A program made the position numbers and the translations under genes. The notes beneath the pieces are model-generated. The model searched no databases, was not told the origin of the DNA, and saw only the letters and a list, made by a program, of their open reading frames with translations. From Burkholderiales bacterium (lineage in GTDB: Bacteria > Pseudomonadota > Gammaproteobacteria > Burkholderiales > Burkholderiaceae_C), in assembly GCA_025350145.1 (NCBI GenBank), contig JANXYH010000129.1, positions 3,573-67,572 of the forward strand: a stretch of DNA of 64,000 bases, in the 5' to 3' direction. This document shows, in pieces, positions 29,240 to 38,431 of this stretch (the stretch's first letter is position 1; each line of letters opens with the position of its first letter).

Positions 29240-30293
29240 CGCCGCCGCCTTGGGCTGAAGGGGTCGCGCCGCCGCGGGCGGACTGGCGCAGGATCAGGTC
29301 GCCGGGGACGACCACGTTCTCGGCCGGCGATGGCGGATCGTCGCGCAGGTAGTTCTGCAGCAGGCTGACCGTGGCCTCGATCATCGGTCCGATCGGCTGG
29401 CGCACCGTGGTCAGGCGGTAGCTGTGCCACTGGGCCTGCGGCACGTCGTCGAAGCCGACTACCGAGACATCGTCAGGCACGCGCAGACCGAGCTCGAAGC
29501 GCAACGTGTCCATCACCGCGAAGGCCATGTGGTCGCTGGCGACGAAGACCGCGTCGGGCCGCTCCAGGCCGGCGGCGAACAACTCGCGCGTGGCCAACTG
29601 GGCCTGCGCAAAGTCGTAGTTGCCGACGCCACGGGCAAAGATGCGCAGGTCGCGCTCGGCCAGGCCTTCGCGAAAACCGCGTTCGCGTTCGAGGTTGGTC
29701 GAGGCCTCTTCGTTGCCGGCGATGAAGGCGATCCGCCGGTGCCCGCCGTCGGCCAGAAAATGCGCCACCGCGCGGCCACCGCCGACATTGTCCGAACGCA
29801 CCGAACTGACCGTGTGCGCGGCGCGAGTTCCGGCCTCGGCCATGACCCGATTGAACAGCACCACCGGGATGCTCGCATCGGCACATTGGCGCGCCAGGCT
29901 GGAGGACAGGGTGGCGGCCGCCAGCACGATGCCGTCGACGTGGTATTGCAGGATTTCGCCCACCAGGTCGTCGGCGTCGGCGTCGGCGTTGCGGTTGACG
30001 AACAGCAGCACGTGGTAGCCGTCGCGTTGCAGGCGCTCGGCAAGCTGCTGCAGGGCTGCCGGGTAGAACAGGTTTTCGAGCTGCGACAGCACCAGGCCGA
30101 TGATGCGCGAGCGCTTGGTGATCAGGCTGCGGGCATGCGCATTGGGCCGGTAGCCCAGCTTGCGCGCCGCATCCAGCACCTTGCGCCGGGTGATCTCGGA
30201 GACGCTGGCGCCGGGCGTGAAGCTGCGGCTCACCGCCGATTGCGAGACCTGTGCCAGGCGCGCGACATCGAACGAGGTGACGCTGGCGGTCAT
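29226..30293 (-). CDS. LacI-family transcriptional regulator
   Basis: 355 aa. It has an N-terminal HTH (FDVARLAQVSQSAVSRSF....V...TR.KV..AA..LGYRPN) and a periplasmic-binding-fold core. Confidence 0.9.
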   Translation of the reverse strand: MTASVTSFDVARLAQVSQSAVSRSFTPGASVSEITRRKVLDAARKLGYRPNAHARSLITKRSRIIGLVLSQLENLFYPAALQQLAERLQRDGYHVLLFVNRNADADADDLVGEILQYHVDGIVLAAATLSSSLARQCADASIPVVLFNRVMAEAGTRAAHTVSSVRSDNVGGGRAVAHFLADGGHRRIAFIAGNEEASTNLERERGFREGLAERDLRIFARGVGNYDFAQAQLATRELFAAGLERPDAVFVASDHMAFAVMDTLRFELGLRVPDDVSVVGFDDVPQAQWHSYRLTTVRQPIGPMIEATVSLLQNYLRDDPPSPAENVVVPGDLILRQSARGGATPSAQGGGDARL

Positions 30294-30430
30294 GCCCGGG
30301 CTGCGGGGTGGCCGACACCCGCCGCCGCAGTGGCGGTGGCGGTGTTGGCACCACGCTGGAGGTTACGGATCACGCGAATTTCCTTGACGGCGTCCCTGTC
30401 GTCGGAGCCGCGATTCTCCATGATTGGCTT

Positions 30431-30444
30431 GACATACGTATGCA
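30431..30444. promoter_or_regulatory. LacI-type operator (GACATACGTATGCA) in the divergent promoter
   Basis: 12/14 match to the 31706 palindrome. It lies between the lacI-family start (30293) and the SnoaL-like gene start (30556). Confidence 0.5.
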
Positions 30445-30555
30445 ACGCGGCAAGCGCGAGCGCCTTGGCCATGCTGACGTTCCTTGAACTTTGCAGCGAA
30501 ATGCCGCCCAACACATCGCTAAGATGCCGTGCTGCATAGCTATTCACCTCCAGCG

Positions 30556-31563
30556 ATGGCCACCTTTGATTCTGACCCCGTGCTGCAAGCTGCCAAGCAA
30601 ACCGTCTGGGCCGCGCTGGCGCGACTGCCCGGCCCGGCATTGGACTCCGGCTGCGCCGAACTGCTCGCGCCCGATGTGGCCTGGCATGTCGGCCACCCGA
30701 TCGAGGTGCTGCATGGCCCGCAGGCCGTGGCCGAGAACTTCTTTGCGCCACTGACCCGCGCGTTTCCTGACATCGAGCGCCGCACCGACCTGTTCTTCGC
30801 CGGGCATTGGGATGGCCGGCTGGACGGTGGCGGCGGCTGTTGGGTCAGTTGCAGCGGCCACTACCTGGGCAACTTCCGCGCCGATTGGCTGGGCATCGCC
30901 GCCAGTGGCGAGCCGGCCGCGCTGCGTTTTGGCGAGTTCTACCGCGTCGTCGATGGCCGGATCGCCGAGGCGCGGGTGCTGCTCGACATCGTTGACCTGG
31001 CCCGCCAGACCGGGCGGCGAATTCTTCCGCCGAGTTCGGGGCTGGAATTGCTGGTGCCCGGGCCGCGCGGCCACGACGGCCTGCTGCGCGACGGCCGCGA
31101 TGCGCAAGAGGGCGCGGCCAGTCTGGCCCTGGTCGAATCGATGATCGGTGGCCTGATGCGCTATGACCAGGCCAACTTGAAAAGCATGGGAATGCGCGCG
31201 CATTGGCATGAAGAGATGATGTGGTACGGCCCCGGTGGCATCGGCACCTCGCGCGGGCTGGGCGGCTTTGAGCGCCACCACCAACGGCCATTTCTGCATG
31301 CCTTTCCCGACCGCAAGGGCGGCAACCACCGCGCCCGCATTGCCGAGGGCGCGTTCGTCGCCTCGACCGGCTGGCCCAGCGTGCGCGCCACCCACGGCGG
31401 CGACTACCTCGGCGTGCCGGCCAGCCAGGCCGCGATCCAGATGCGGGTGATGGACTGGTGGCGCTGCGCCGACGGGCTGCTGACCGAGAACTGGGTGCTG
31501 ATCGATCTGCCACATCTGATGTTGCAGATGGGGGTAGACCTGCTCGCCCGCCTGCGCGACTGA
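30556..31563 (+). CDS. tandem SnoaL-like / ester-cyclase protein (paralogue-like of 28274..29239)
   Basis: About 335 aa from ATG 30556. Two NTF2-like halves (ENFFAPL...F..I..R and WHEEMMWYGPGGIG...). Confidence 0.6.
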   Translation: MATFDSDPVLQAAKQTVWAALARLPGPALDSGCAELLAPDVAWHVGHPIEVLHGPQAVAENFFAPLTRAFPDIERRTDLFFAGHWDGRLDGGGGCWVSCSGHYLGNFRADWLGIAASGEPAALRFGEFYRVVDGRIAEARVLLDIVDLARQTGRRILPPSSGLELLVPGPRGHDGLLRDGRDAQEGAASLALVESMIGGLMRYDQANLKSMGMRAHWHEEMMWYGPGGIGTSRGLGGFERHHQRPFLHAFPDRKGGNHRARIAEGAFVASTGWPSVRATHGGDYLGVPASQAAIQMRVMDWWRCADGLLTENWVLIDLPHLMLQMGVDLLARLRD

Positions 31564-31705
31564 ACAGCCGGCGAGGCATTCGGGCTGCAGCCCTGGGCGC
31601 AGTCCGAGCGCTCCCCGCAGCCGCAGGCGCGCCGCAGTACCTGCCTGCTGCCGGCCGGGATTTCCCCCATTCAAACGATCCTGGGTTTGGACTAGCATGC
31701 AGACC

Positions 31706-31719
31706 TGCATACGTATGCA
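31706..31719. promoter_or_regulatory. perfect 14-bp palindrome TGCATACGTATGCA (LacI-type operator)
   Basis: Read directly from the sequence. It lies about 138 nt upstream of the second ABC operon (start 31857). Confidence 0.55.
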
Positions 31720-31856
31720 TTTAGCCGCTTGTGCGGTGGGCAAATCGACCTTATGGCAGCGGCAGCGGCAGAGCCGAATCGCCCGCTGCGCCTGGCCGGT
31801 CCCCGAGTCCGGCCGCGCGCCCAACCTGAGCAAAACCTGATCGACAGGACCAGACC

Positions 31857-33164
31857 ATGCAAAGACGCCAATGGATTCAATGGGCCGCCAGCTCGGCCGG
31901 ACTGGGCGCCGATTTGGCGCAGGCGCAGGACAGCGCCCAGATCAAGCCGGGCAAGCCGTATGCGGGCAGCACGGTCAACGTGCTGACCGTGGTGGCGCCG
32001 CAGTTCAGCGCCCACGAAGCCCGGCTGGCAGAGTTCGAGGCGCTGACCGGCATCAAGGTCAAGTACCAGTACGTGCCCTTTGCCAGCACGCGGGAGAAGC
32101 TCACCGCCGAGTTGGTGGCGCAGACCGACCAGTACGACGTGCTCAGCACCATGGATGTCTGGGGCCCGGCCCTGTACGCTTTGTTCGAGCCGCTCAACAC
32201 CCGGCTGGCCGAAAAGCGCATCGACATGGCCGACCGCTACCCGCTGGCCCATCTGCGGGCCGCGCGTGACGGCAACGGCAACGGCCAGAACATCCTCGGC
32301 CTGCCACTTCGCGGCCATGTGCAACTGATGTTCTACCGCAAGGACGTGTTCAACAAGCTGGGCTTGAAGCCGCCCGAAACCTGGGACCAGATGGTCAGCA
32401 TCGGCCAGCAGATCCAAGCCAAGACCGACCTGTCCGGGGTGGCGATGTATTACGGCAAGACTGCCGGCCAGAACCTGATGATCTGGTTCAACTACCTCTG
32501 GGGCATGGGCGGCGAGTTGCTCGACGCCAAGGGGCAGCCGGCCTTCAATTCGCCACAGGGCGTGGCGGCGACCCAGGCCTACGTCGATGTGCTGCTCAAG
32601 CACAAGGTGGCGCCGCCCGGATCGGCATCGTTCAACGAGACCGATGCGGTCAATTCGGTCGCCCAGGGCAAGAGCGCGATGGTGCCGGTGTGGTGGTGGC
32701 GCTATGCCGGCCTGACCGACGCCAAGACCTCCACGCTCAAACCCGAGCAAGTGGGCTTCGCACCGCTGCCGTCGATGCCGGGCAAGCCGGCCACGACCTA
32801 CACCAACACCTGGTTCTACGGCATCAACCGCAACAGCAAGCGCAAGGACGCGGCGATGGAGTACCTGGCCTGGCTGTCGCAGCCGTCGATCGAGCGCGAC
32901 CTGCTGCTGGACCGCAGCCGCAACGAGGTGGTGGCGGTGCAAACCCGCAACCTGATCGACGCCGATGTCAACTTGCGCTTTGGCGGCATGCACCTGTTCG
33001 GCGCCCAGGCGCTGAAGGGCGCACGCGGCACGCCGCTGTTCCCACAGTGGGCGCAGGTCAGCGACATCCTCGAGGCCAGCATCAGCGAGTTGGTCAGCGG
33101 CCAGGGCTTGGTCAAGGCGGTGCTGGACGGTGCCGCCGTGCGGGCCCGCAAGGCGCTGCGCTGA
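31857..33164 (+). CDS. ABC transporter solute-binding protein (family 1) with Tat-like signal
   Basis: 435 aa with the N-terminus MQRRQWIQWAASSAGLGADLAQA. Confidence 0.9.
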   Translation: MQRRQWIQWAASSAGLGADLAQAQDSAQIKPGKPYAGSTVNVLTVVAPQFSAHEARLAEFEALTGIKVKYQYVPFASTREKLTAELVAQTDQYDVLSTMDVWGPALYALFEPLNTRLAEKRIDMADRYPLAHLRAARDGNGNGQNILGLPLRGHVQLMFYRKDVFNKLGLKPPETWDQMVSIGQQIQAKTDLSGVAMYYGKTAGQNLMIWFNYLWGMGGELLDAKGQPAFNSPQGVAATQAYVDVLLKHKVAPPGSASFNETDAVNSVAQGKSAMVPVWWWRYAGLTDAKTSTLKPEQVGFAPLPSMPGKPATTYTNTWFYGINRNSKRKDAAMEYLAWLSQPSIERDLLLDRSRNEVVAVQTRNLIDADVNLRFGGMHLFGAQALKGARGTPLFPQWAQVSDILEASISELVSGQGLVKAVLDGAAVRARKALR

Positions 33165-33211
33165 GGCCGCCTGGTGCTGGGACCAGCGACCGATCCCGCT
33201 TGCGGCAGAGC

Positions 33212-34114
33212 ATGAGCGCGCAGAAGACCATGCGCCGCAGTGCATGGCAGCGTGTGCCCGCACATGTCTGGCTGCTGGCGCCGGCCCTGCTGTTTGTCGC
33301 CGCGATGGCGCTGTTTCCGCTGGGCTTTTCGCTGCTGCTGAGTTTTCGTGAATGGAAGCTCGCCAGCAGCACCGAGCCCGGCCGCTGGGTCGGACTGGCC
33401 AACTACCTGAACCTGCTCGGCGACGACCCCGACTTCATCGCGTCGATCCGCGTCACCTTGGTCTTCGTGGTCGCCGACGTGCTGGCCACACTGGCGATCG
33501 CGCTGGGCGTGGCCCTGTTGATCCAGCGCGCCGGGCGCGTCAACGCGCTGGCCCGGGTGCTGCTGATCCTGCCGTTCGTGATGAGTCCGGCGCTGATCGG
33601 CATCTCCTTTCGCTTCTTCCTCAACCCCGAGTTTGGCGTCGTCCAGCACCTGCTGGGTGTGCTGCTGCCGGCCCTGCAGGGCAAGGTCTGGCTGGCCGAC
33701 GCCAGTCTGGCCATGGTGGCGGTGGTGGCCTCGGACGTGTGGCATTGGTCACCCTACATGACCCTGGTCATCCTCGGTGGCCTGGCCGCCATCCCTGCGG
33801 AGACCCAGGAGGCCGCGCGGGTCGACGGCGCCTCGGCCTGGCGGGTGTTCTGCGATGTCACCCTGCCCCAGTTGCTGCCGGTGCTGGGGGTGGTGGCGGT
33901 GCTCAAGACGGTGTTCGCGCTCAAGGCTTTTGACACCATCTTCACCCTCAGCAATGGCGGCCCGGGCACGGCCACGCAGACGCTGGCCTACTTTGTCTAC
34001 CAGACCGCGTTCAACTACTACGACATGGGTTATGCGGCCGCCGCCGCCTATGTGCTGACTGCGGCCCTGCTGGCCTTGTCGATGTTCTACCTGCGCTTGG
34101 TGTTTCGCCGATGA
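33212..34114 (+). CDS. CUT1 ABC transporter permease
   Basis: About 300 aa from ATG 33212, with the EAA loop (QEAARVDGASAWRVFCDVTLP). Confidence 0.9.
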   Translation: MSAQKTMRRSAWQRVPAHVWLLAPALLFVAAMALFPLGFSLLLSFREWKLASSTEPGRWVGLANYLNLLGDDPDFIASIRVTLVFVVADVLATLAIALGVALLIQRAGRVNALARVLLILPFVMSPALIGISFRFFLNPEFGVVQHLLGVLLPALQGKVWLADASLAMVAVVASDVWHWSPYMTLVILGGLAAIPAETQEAARVDGASAWRVFCDVTLPQLLPVLGVVAVLKTVFALKAFDTIFTLSNGGPGTATQTLAYFVYQTAFNYYDMGYAAAAAYVLTAALLALSMFYLRLVFRR

Positions 34115-34983
34115 GCGCCGCGCTGCCGTCCTTCATGGCCCTGCCCGGCTACCGCGCTCCCGGCATGCAGCGGGTGGCCGGCTGGCTGCACCAATTGGCG
34201 GTGTTCGTGGTCATCGCCAGCATCGTGCTGCCGATTGCCTGGATCGTGCTGACGGCCTTCAAGCTGCCGCGCGACGTCTATACGCTGGACGCGGCGCTGT
34301 GGTTCGAGCCAACGCTGGACAACCTGCGCACCGTCTTCGAGCATCCCTGGAACCTGGGCGACAAAATCGTCAACAGCCTGCTGGTGGCTGGCGGCGCAGT
34401 GCTGTTGGCGGTGCCCATGGCGACCATGGCGGCCTACGCCTTCTCGCGCTTCGAATTTCGCTTCAAGCAGCCGATCTTTCTGACCGTGATCGCCTCGCAG
34501 TTCATCCCCGCTGCGGTGGTGGTGCTGCCCTACTTCGTGATGTTCAGGCAAGCCGGAATGCTGGACACCCGTTCGGCGCTGGTGCTGGTCAACCTCTCGA
34601 TCGTGCTGCCCTACGCGGTATGGATGATCAAAGGCTTCATCGACGCCGTGCCGATCGAAATCGAAGAATCAGCCATGGTCGACGGCGCCGAGCGCTGGCG
34701 CGTGATCGCCGAGATCGTGGTGCCGGCGGCGCTGCCCGGGATCATCACCGCCGCAGTCTTCAGCTTCACTTTGACCTGGAACGAGTTCCTGTTCGCCCTG
34801 ATCATCACCAAGCAAAACGCGCTGACGCTGCCGATCGGGCTGATCGGCTTTCGCACCGACCGGGGGGATTTGTGGGAACTGATGTCCGCCGGCGGGCTGT
34901 TGATCACGGCGCCCATGTTCCTGATCTCGCTGCTGGTGCATCGGCAGTTCATCGGCAGCCTCAGCGCCGGCGCGCTGCGTTGA
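34111..34983 (+). CDS. CUT1 ABC transporter permease
   Basis: 290 aa. It has a 4-nt overlap with the previous gene and the loop EESAMVDGAERWRVIAEI. Confidence 0.9.
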   Translation: MSAALPSFMALPGYRAPGMQRVAGWLHQLAVFVVIASIVLPIAWIVLTAFKLPRDVYTLDAALWFEPTLDNLRTVFEHPWNLGDKIVNSLLVAGGAVLLAVPMATMAAYAFSRFEFRFKQPIFLTVIASQFIPAAVVVLPYFVMFRQAGMLDTRSALVLVNLSIVLPYAVWMIKGFIDAVPIEIEESAMVDGAERWRVIAEIVVPAALPGIITAAVFSFTLTWNEFLFALIITKQNALTLPIGLIGFRTDRGDLWELMSAGGLLITAPMFLISLLVHRQFIGSLSAGALR

Positions 34984-35012
34984 TCGCCCGGCATCGGCCA
35001 CAGGCATCTGGC

Positions 35013-36122
35013 ATGACCACCATCGCGCTGCGCGGCGTCAACAAGACCTTTGGCAAGGTCCGGGTCGTCAATGACTTGAACTTGACGGTGGCCGACCGCG
35101 AGTTTCTGGTCCTGCTTGGCCCGTCGGGCTGCGGCACGACCACGACCATGCGCATGGTCGCGGGGCTGGAGCAGCCGACGCTGGGCCAGATCGAGTTCGA
35201 CGGCCAACGCATCAACGAGGTGCCGACCCAGCGACGCGACGTGGCGATGGTGTTCCAGAACTATGGTCTGTACCCGCACATGAACGTAGCGCAGAACATC
35301 GGCTACCCGCTCAAATTGCGCAAGCTGGCGCCGGACGAGATCGCGCGGCAGGTCGGCAAGGCAGCCGACCGGGTAGAACTGCGGCCCTATCTGCAGCGCA
35401 TGCCGCGCGAACTCTCGGGCGGCCAGCGCCAGCGGGTGGCGCTGGCGCGCAGCATCGTGCGCCAGCCTCGGGTGTTCCTGATGGACGAGCCGCTGTCCAA
35501 CCTCGACGCCAAGCTGCGGGTGGTGGCCCGCGCCCTGATCAAGCTCCTGGCGCAGGAACTGGCTGTCACGACGCTGTATGTCACCCATGACCAGGTCGAG
35601 GCCATGAGCCTGGCCCAGCGCGTGGCGGTGATGTGCGAGGGTGAGATTCGCCAACTCGGCACACCCGAGCAAATCTACAACGATCCGGCCGACAGCTTTG
35701 TCGCCGGCTTTATCGGCAGCCCGGCGATGAACCTGCTGACGGTGCAAGCCCAGAGCCGGGAAGTGCTGGCCGCGGGCGGCTTGGTCATGGCCTTGGCAGC
35801 GCCACGCGACGGCCCGCTGACGCTGGGTGCACGTGCCGAGGATCTGCGGCTGTGCGGCCTGGATGAGGCGCACCTGCAGGCCGATCTGTTCAGCTTCGAG
35901 TTGCTCGGCGACTGCACCATGGCCACGGTGATGGTGGGCGGGCAACTGCTGGCGGTCAAGGCCGCCAAGGACCTGCGCCTGCAGCCCCACGACCGGGTCG
36001 GCCTGCGCTTCGATCCGCAACGCCTTTACTGGTTTGACACGCCCAGCGGGCAACGCCTGCGCGCCGGTTGCCTGCGCCCGCCACCTCCCTCATCCCCTGT
36101 GCCCAGGAGCCCTGCCCCATGA
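35013..36122 (+). CDS. ABC transporter ATP-binding protein (MalK/UgpC-like)
   Basis: 369 aa from ATG 35013. Walker A is GPSGCGTTT, the signature is LSGGQRQRVAL and Walker B is FLMDEPLSNLD. Confidence 0.93.
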   Translation: MTTIALRGVNKTFGKVRVVNDLNLTVADREFLVLLGPSGCGTTTTMRMVAGLEQPTLGQIEFDGQRINEVPTQRRDVAMVFQNYGLYPHMNVAQNIGYPLKLRKLAPDEIARQVGKAADRVELRPYLQRMPRELSGGQRQRVALARSIVRQPRVFLMDEPLSNLDAKLRVVARALIKLLAQELAVTTLYVTHDQVEAMSLAQRVAVMCEGEIRQLGTPEQIYNDPADSFVAGFIGSPAMNLLTVQAQSREVLAAGGLVMALAAPRDGPLTLGARAEDLRLCGLDEAHLQADLFSFELLGDCTMATVMVGGQLLAVKAAKDLRLQPHDRVGLRFDPQRLYWFDTPSGQRLRAGCLRPPPPSSPVPRSPAP

Positions 36123-37255
36123 TCGATGCGGACGCGCTGAAAGAGCGCTTCATCCCGTTTGCTGCGCTGCGCTACAGCACCGAGGCGTTCGTCGACTACG
36201 CCATTCCCGAGTGCACGCCAAAGTACAACTACGCCCTGATCGGCCCGGGGGTATCGCAAAACCCGAACCAGCCGATCAATCTGCGCGAGCAACACGGCTT
36301 TCAGGTCGGCGGCGTGTCGATCCCGCATGGCAAGGTCAACCCGCCGCACATGCACTTCACCTGCGAAGTGTTCCTCTGCGCCCGGGGCGACTGGCGGCTC
36401 GAATGGGGCTTCAACCCCGAGCCATTGGCCGCAGCGCTGGGCGAATACGACATCGTGTCGGTGCCGACCTGGATCTACCGCAGCTTCATCAACACCGGTG
36501 CCGACGACGGCTTCATGTTCACCGTCCTGGGCGGCGACAGCACCGGCGGCATCCTCTGGGGGCCCAGCACCCTGGCCGCCGCCGCCGCGCAAGGCGTGCT
36601 GCTGACCGAAGACTACCGAATCGTCGACACCCGGCGCGGCGAGCAACTGGCCGCAGGTGAGCGGCTGATCCAGCCCATGACCACCGCCGAGATTGCGGCG
36701 CTGCGCGTCTGGAGCGAGGCGGAAATGGCCAGCCGGGTGGTGCGCTTTGCCGATCTGCGGTGGTCTGCGAACGGTCTGCTGGACAGCGCCCTGCCTGGCT
36801 GTGGTGGCCAATTGGCGCCGGCCATAGGCCTCGGCATGGTGCAAGACCGCGACTGCCAAGCGCCGATCAGCAACGCCCATGGCATGTCGGTCGAGTGGCT
36901 GCGCATCCCGGCCGGCGGAGGCGTCAGTCGCCATCGTCTGGCCGAGAAGCAGGTGCTGATCACCCAGTCCGGCAGCGTCGAGCTGGCCATCGACACCCGC
37001 CAGGGACAGGTCAGCTACCCACTCCAGGGCGGCGCGGCCGGCTGGGACAGTTTCGCGCTGCCCGCAGACTGCTGGCGCAGCCTGCGCAACAGCGGCCCAG
37101 ACCCGGCGCTGGTCTTGCTGCTGACCGGCGGCGACCAGCGCAAGCACATCCACTGGTCTGCCGAGGTCGTCGACGTTGCTGCGGCACAGGGCATGGCCCT
37201 GGACGCCAACGGCTATGTCGCCCCACGCCACTTTGTCGAGCGCGCACAGCGCTGA
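36119..37255 (+). CDS. bicupin-domain protein
   Basis: 378 aa from ATG 36119, which overlaps the ATPase stop (ATGA). It has two cupin-like halves (PHMHFTCEVF... and EWLRIPAGGGVSRHRL). Confidence 0.65.
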   Translation: MIDADALKERFIPFAALRYSTEAFVDYAIPECTPKYNYALIGPGVSQNPNQPINLREQHGFQVGGVSIPHGKVNPPHMHFTCEVFLCARGDWRLEWGFNPEPLAAALGEYDIVSVPTWIYRSFINTGADDGFMFTVLGGDSTGGILWGPSTLAAAAAQGVLLTEDYRIVDTRRGEQLAAGERLIQPMTTAEIAALRVWSEAEMASRVVRFADLRWSANGLLDSALPGCGGQLAPAIGLGMVQDRDCQAPISNAHGMSVEWLRIPAGGGVSRHRLAEKQVLITQSGSVELAIDTRQGQVSYPLQGGAAGWDSFALPADCWRSLRNSGPDPALVLLLTGGDQRKHIHWSAEVVDVAAAQGMALDANGYVAPRHFVERAQR

Positions 37256-37279
37256 CGCCAACCCCAAGGAACCCCACAG

Positions 37280-38431
37280 ATGGACCGAATCCTCACCACC
37301 CACGTCGGCAGCCTGCCCCGGCCGCAGCGCGTGGTCGACCTGCTGTTCGCGCAGGACAACGACCTCCTGTCGAGCTCGGCAGACGAGTTTGAAGCTGTGC
37401 TGGCCAGCGAGGTCGACGAGGTCGTGGCCAAGCAGATGGCGGCGCAAGTCGATGTTGTCAGCGACGGCGAGATGGGCAAGATCAGCTATGCCACCTACAT
37501 CCGCCACCGCCTCAGCGGTTTCGAGATCGGTGTCCTGCCGCGGGCCACGCCCAAGGATCTGGACGATTTCCCCGACTACAAGGACCGGCTGGCCAAGATG
37601 GGCGGCACGCCCAAATACCACCGCCCGATCTGCCGTGGCCCGATCGCCGTCAAGGACCTGAGCGGCCTGCACCGCGACATCGCCAACCTGCAGCGCGCCT
37701 GCACCCGGCATGGCGCCGCACGTGCCTTCATGAACAGCGCCTCGCCCGGGGTGATCGCGGTGTTCCAGCCCAACGAGCACTACCCCAGCCAGGAGCAGTA
37801 CCTGCAGGCCCTGGCCGATGCGATGAGCACCGAATACGAAGCCATCGTCGCCGCCGGGCTGGACTTGCAGATCGACGCGCCGGACTTGGCGATGGGCCGG
37901 CACATCCGCTTTCGCGATGTCGACGAGGCCGAGTTCTTGCGCAACGCCGGCCTGCAAGTCGAGGCCCTGAACCATGCCCTGCGGAATGTGCCGGCCGAGC
38001 GGGTGCGCATGCACCTGTGCTGGGGCAACTACGAGGGCCCGCACCACCACGACATCGGCCTGGACAAGATCGTCGGCCTGGTGCTGCGGGCCAAGCCCGC
38101 CACCGTGCTGTTCGAAGGCGCCAACCCGCGCCACCAGCATGAGTGGGCGGTCTGGGCCGCGCTGGGCCAGGCCGGCGGGATCCCCGAGGACAAGATCCTG
38201 GCGCCGGGCGTGATCGACAGTGTCAGCAACTTCATCGAGCACCCGCAACTGATCGCCCAGCGTCTGACGACCTATGCCCAGATCGTCGGTCGCGACCGGG
38301 TGATGGCCGCCACCGATTGCGGCTTCGGCACCTTCGCCGGATTCGGCGCGGTGCACCCGCCCATCGCCTACGCCAAGCTGGCCAGCCTGGCCGAGGGTGC
38401 GCGGCTGGCCAGCCGGGGCTTGTGGTCATGA
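37280..38431 (+). CDS. cobalamin-independent methionine synthase II-like (MetE C-terminal/UROD-fold) protein
   Basis: 383 aa. The N-terminus ILTTHVGSLPRP, plus SDGEMGK and HLCWGNY, are typical of this family. Confidence 0.8.
   Translation: MDRILTTHVGSLPRPQRVVDLLFAQDNDLLSSSADEFEAVLASEVDEVVAKQMAAQVDVVSDGEMGKISYATYIRHRLSGFEIGVLPRATPKDLDDFPDYKDRLAKMGGTPKYHRPICRGPIAVKDLSGLHRDIANLQRACTRHGAARAFMNSASPGVIAVFQPNEHYPSQEQYLQALADAMSTEYEAIVAAGLDLQIDAPDLAMGRHIRFRDVDEAEFLRNAGLQVEALNHALRNVPAERVRMHLCWGNYEGPHHHDIGLDKIVGLVLRAKPATVLFEGANPRHQHEWAVWAALGQAGGIPEDKILAPGVIDSVSNFIEHPQLIAQRLTTYAQIVGRDRVMAATDCGFGTFAGFGAVHPPIAYAKLASLAEGARLASRGLWS

Noticed and set aside
34611-38356. 480-aa (34611..36053) and 776-aa (36026..38356) minus-strand ORFs
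   Set aside because: They are antisense to the ABC ATPase, cupin and MetE-like genes, which have clear motifs and coupled starts. Their composition is typical of GC-skewed non-coding frames.
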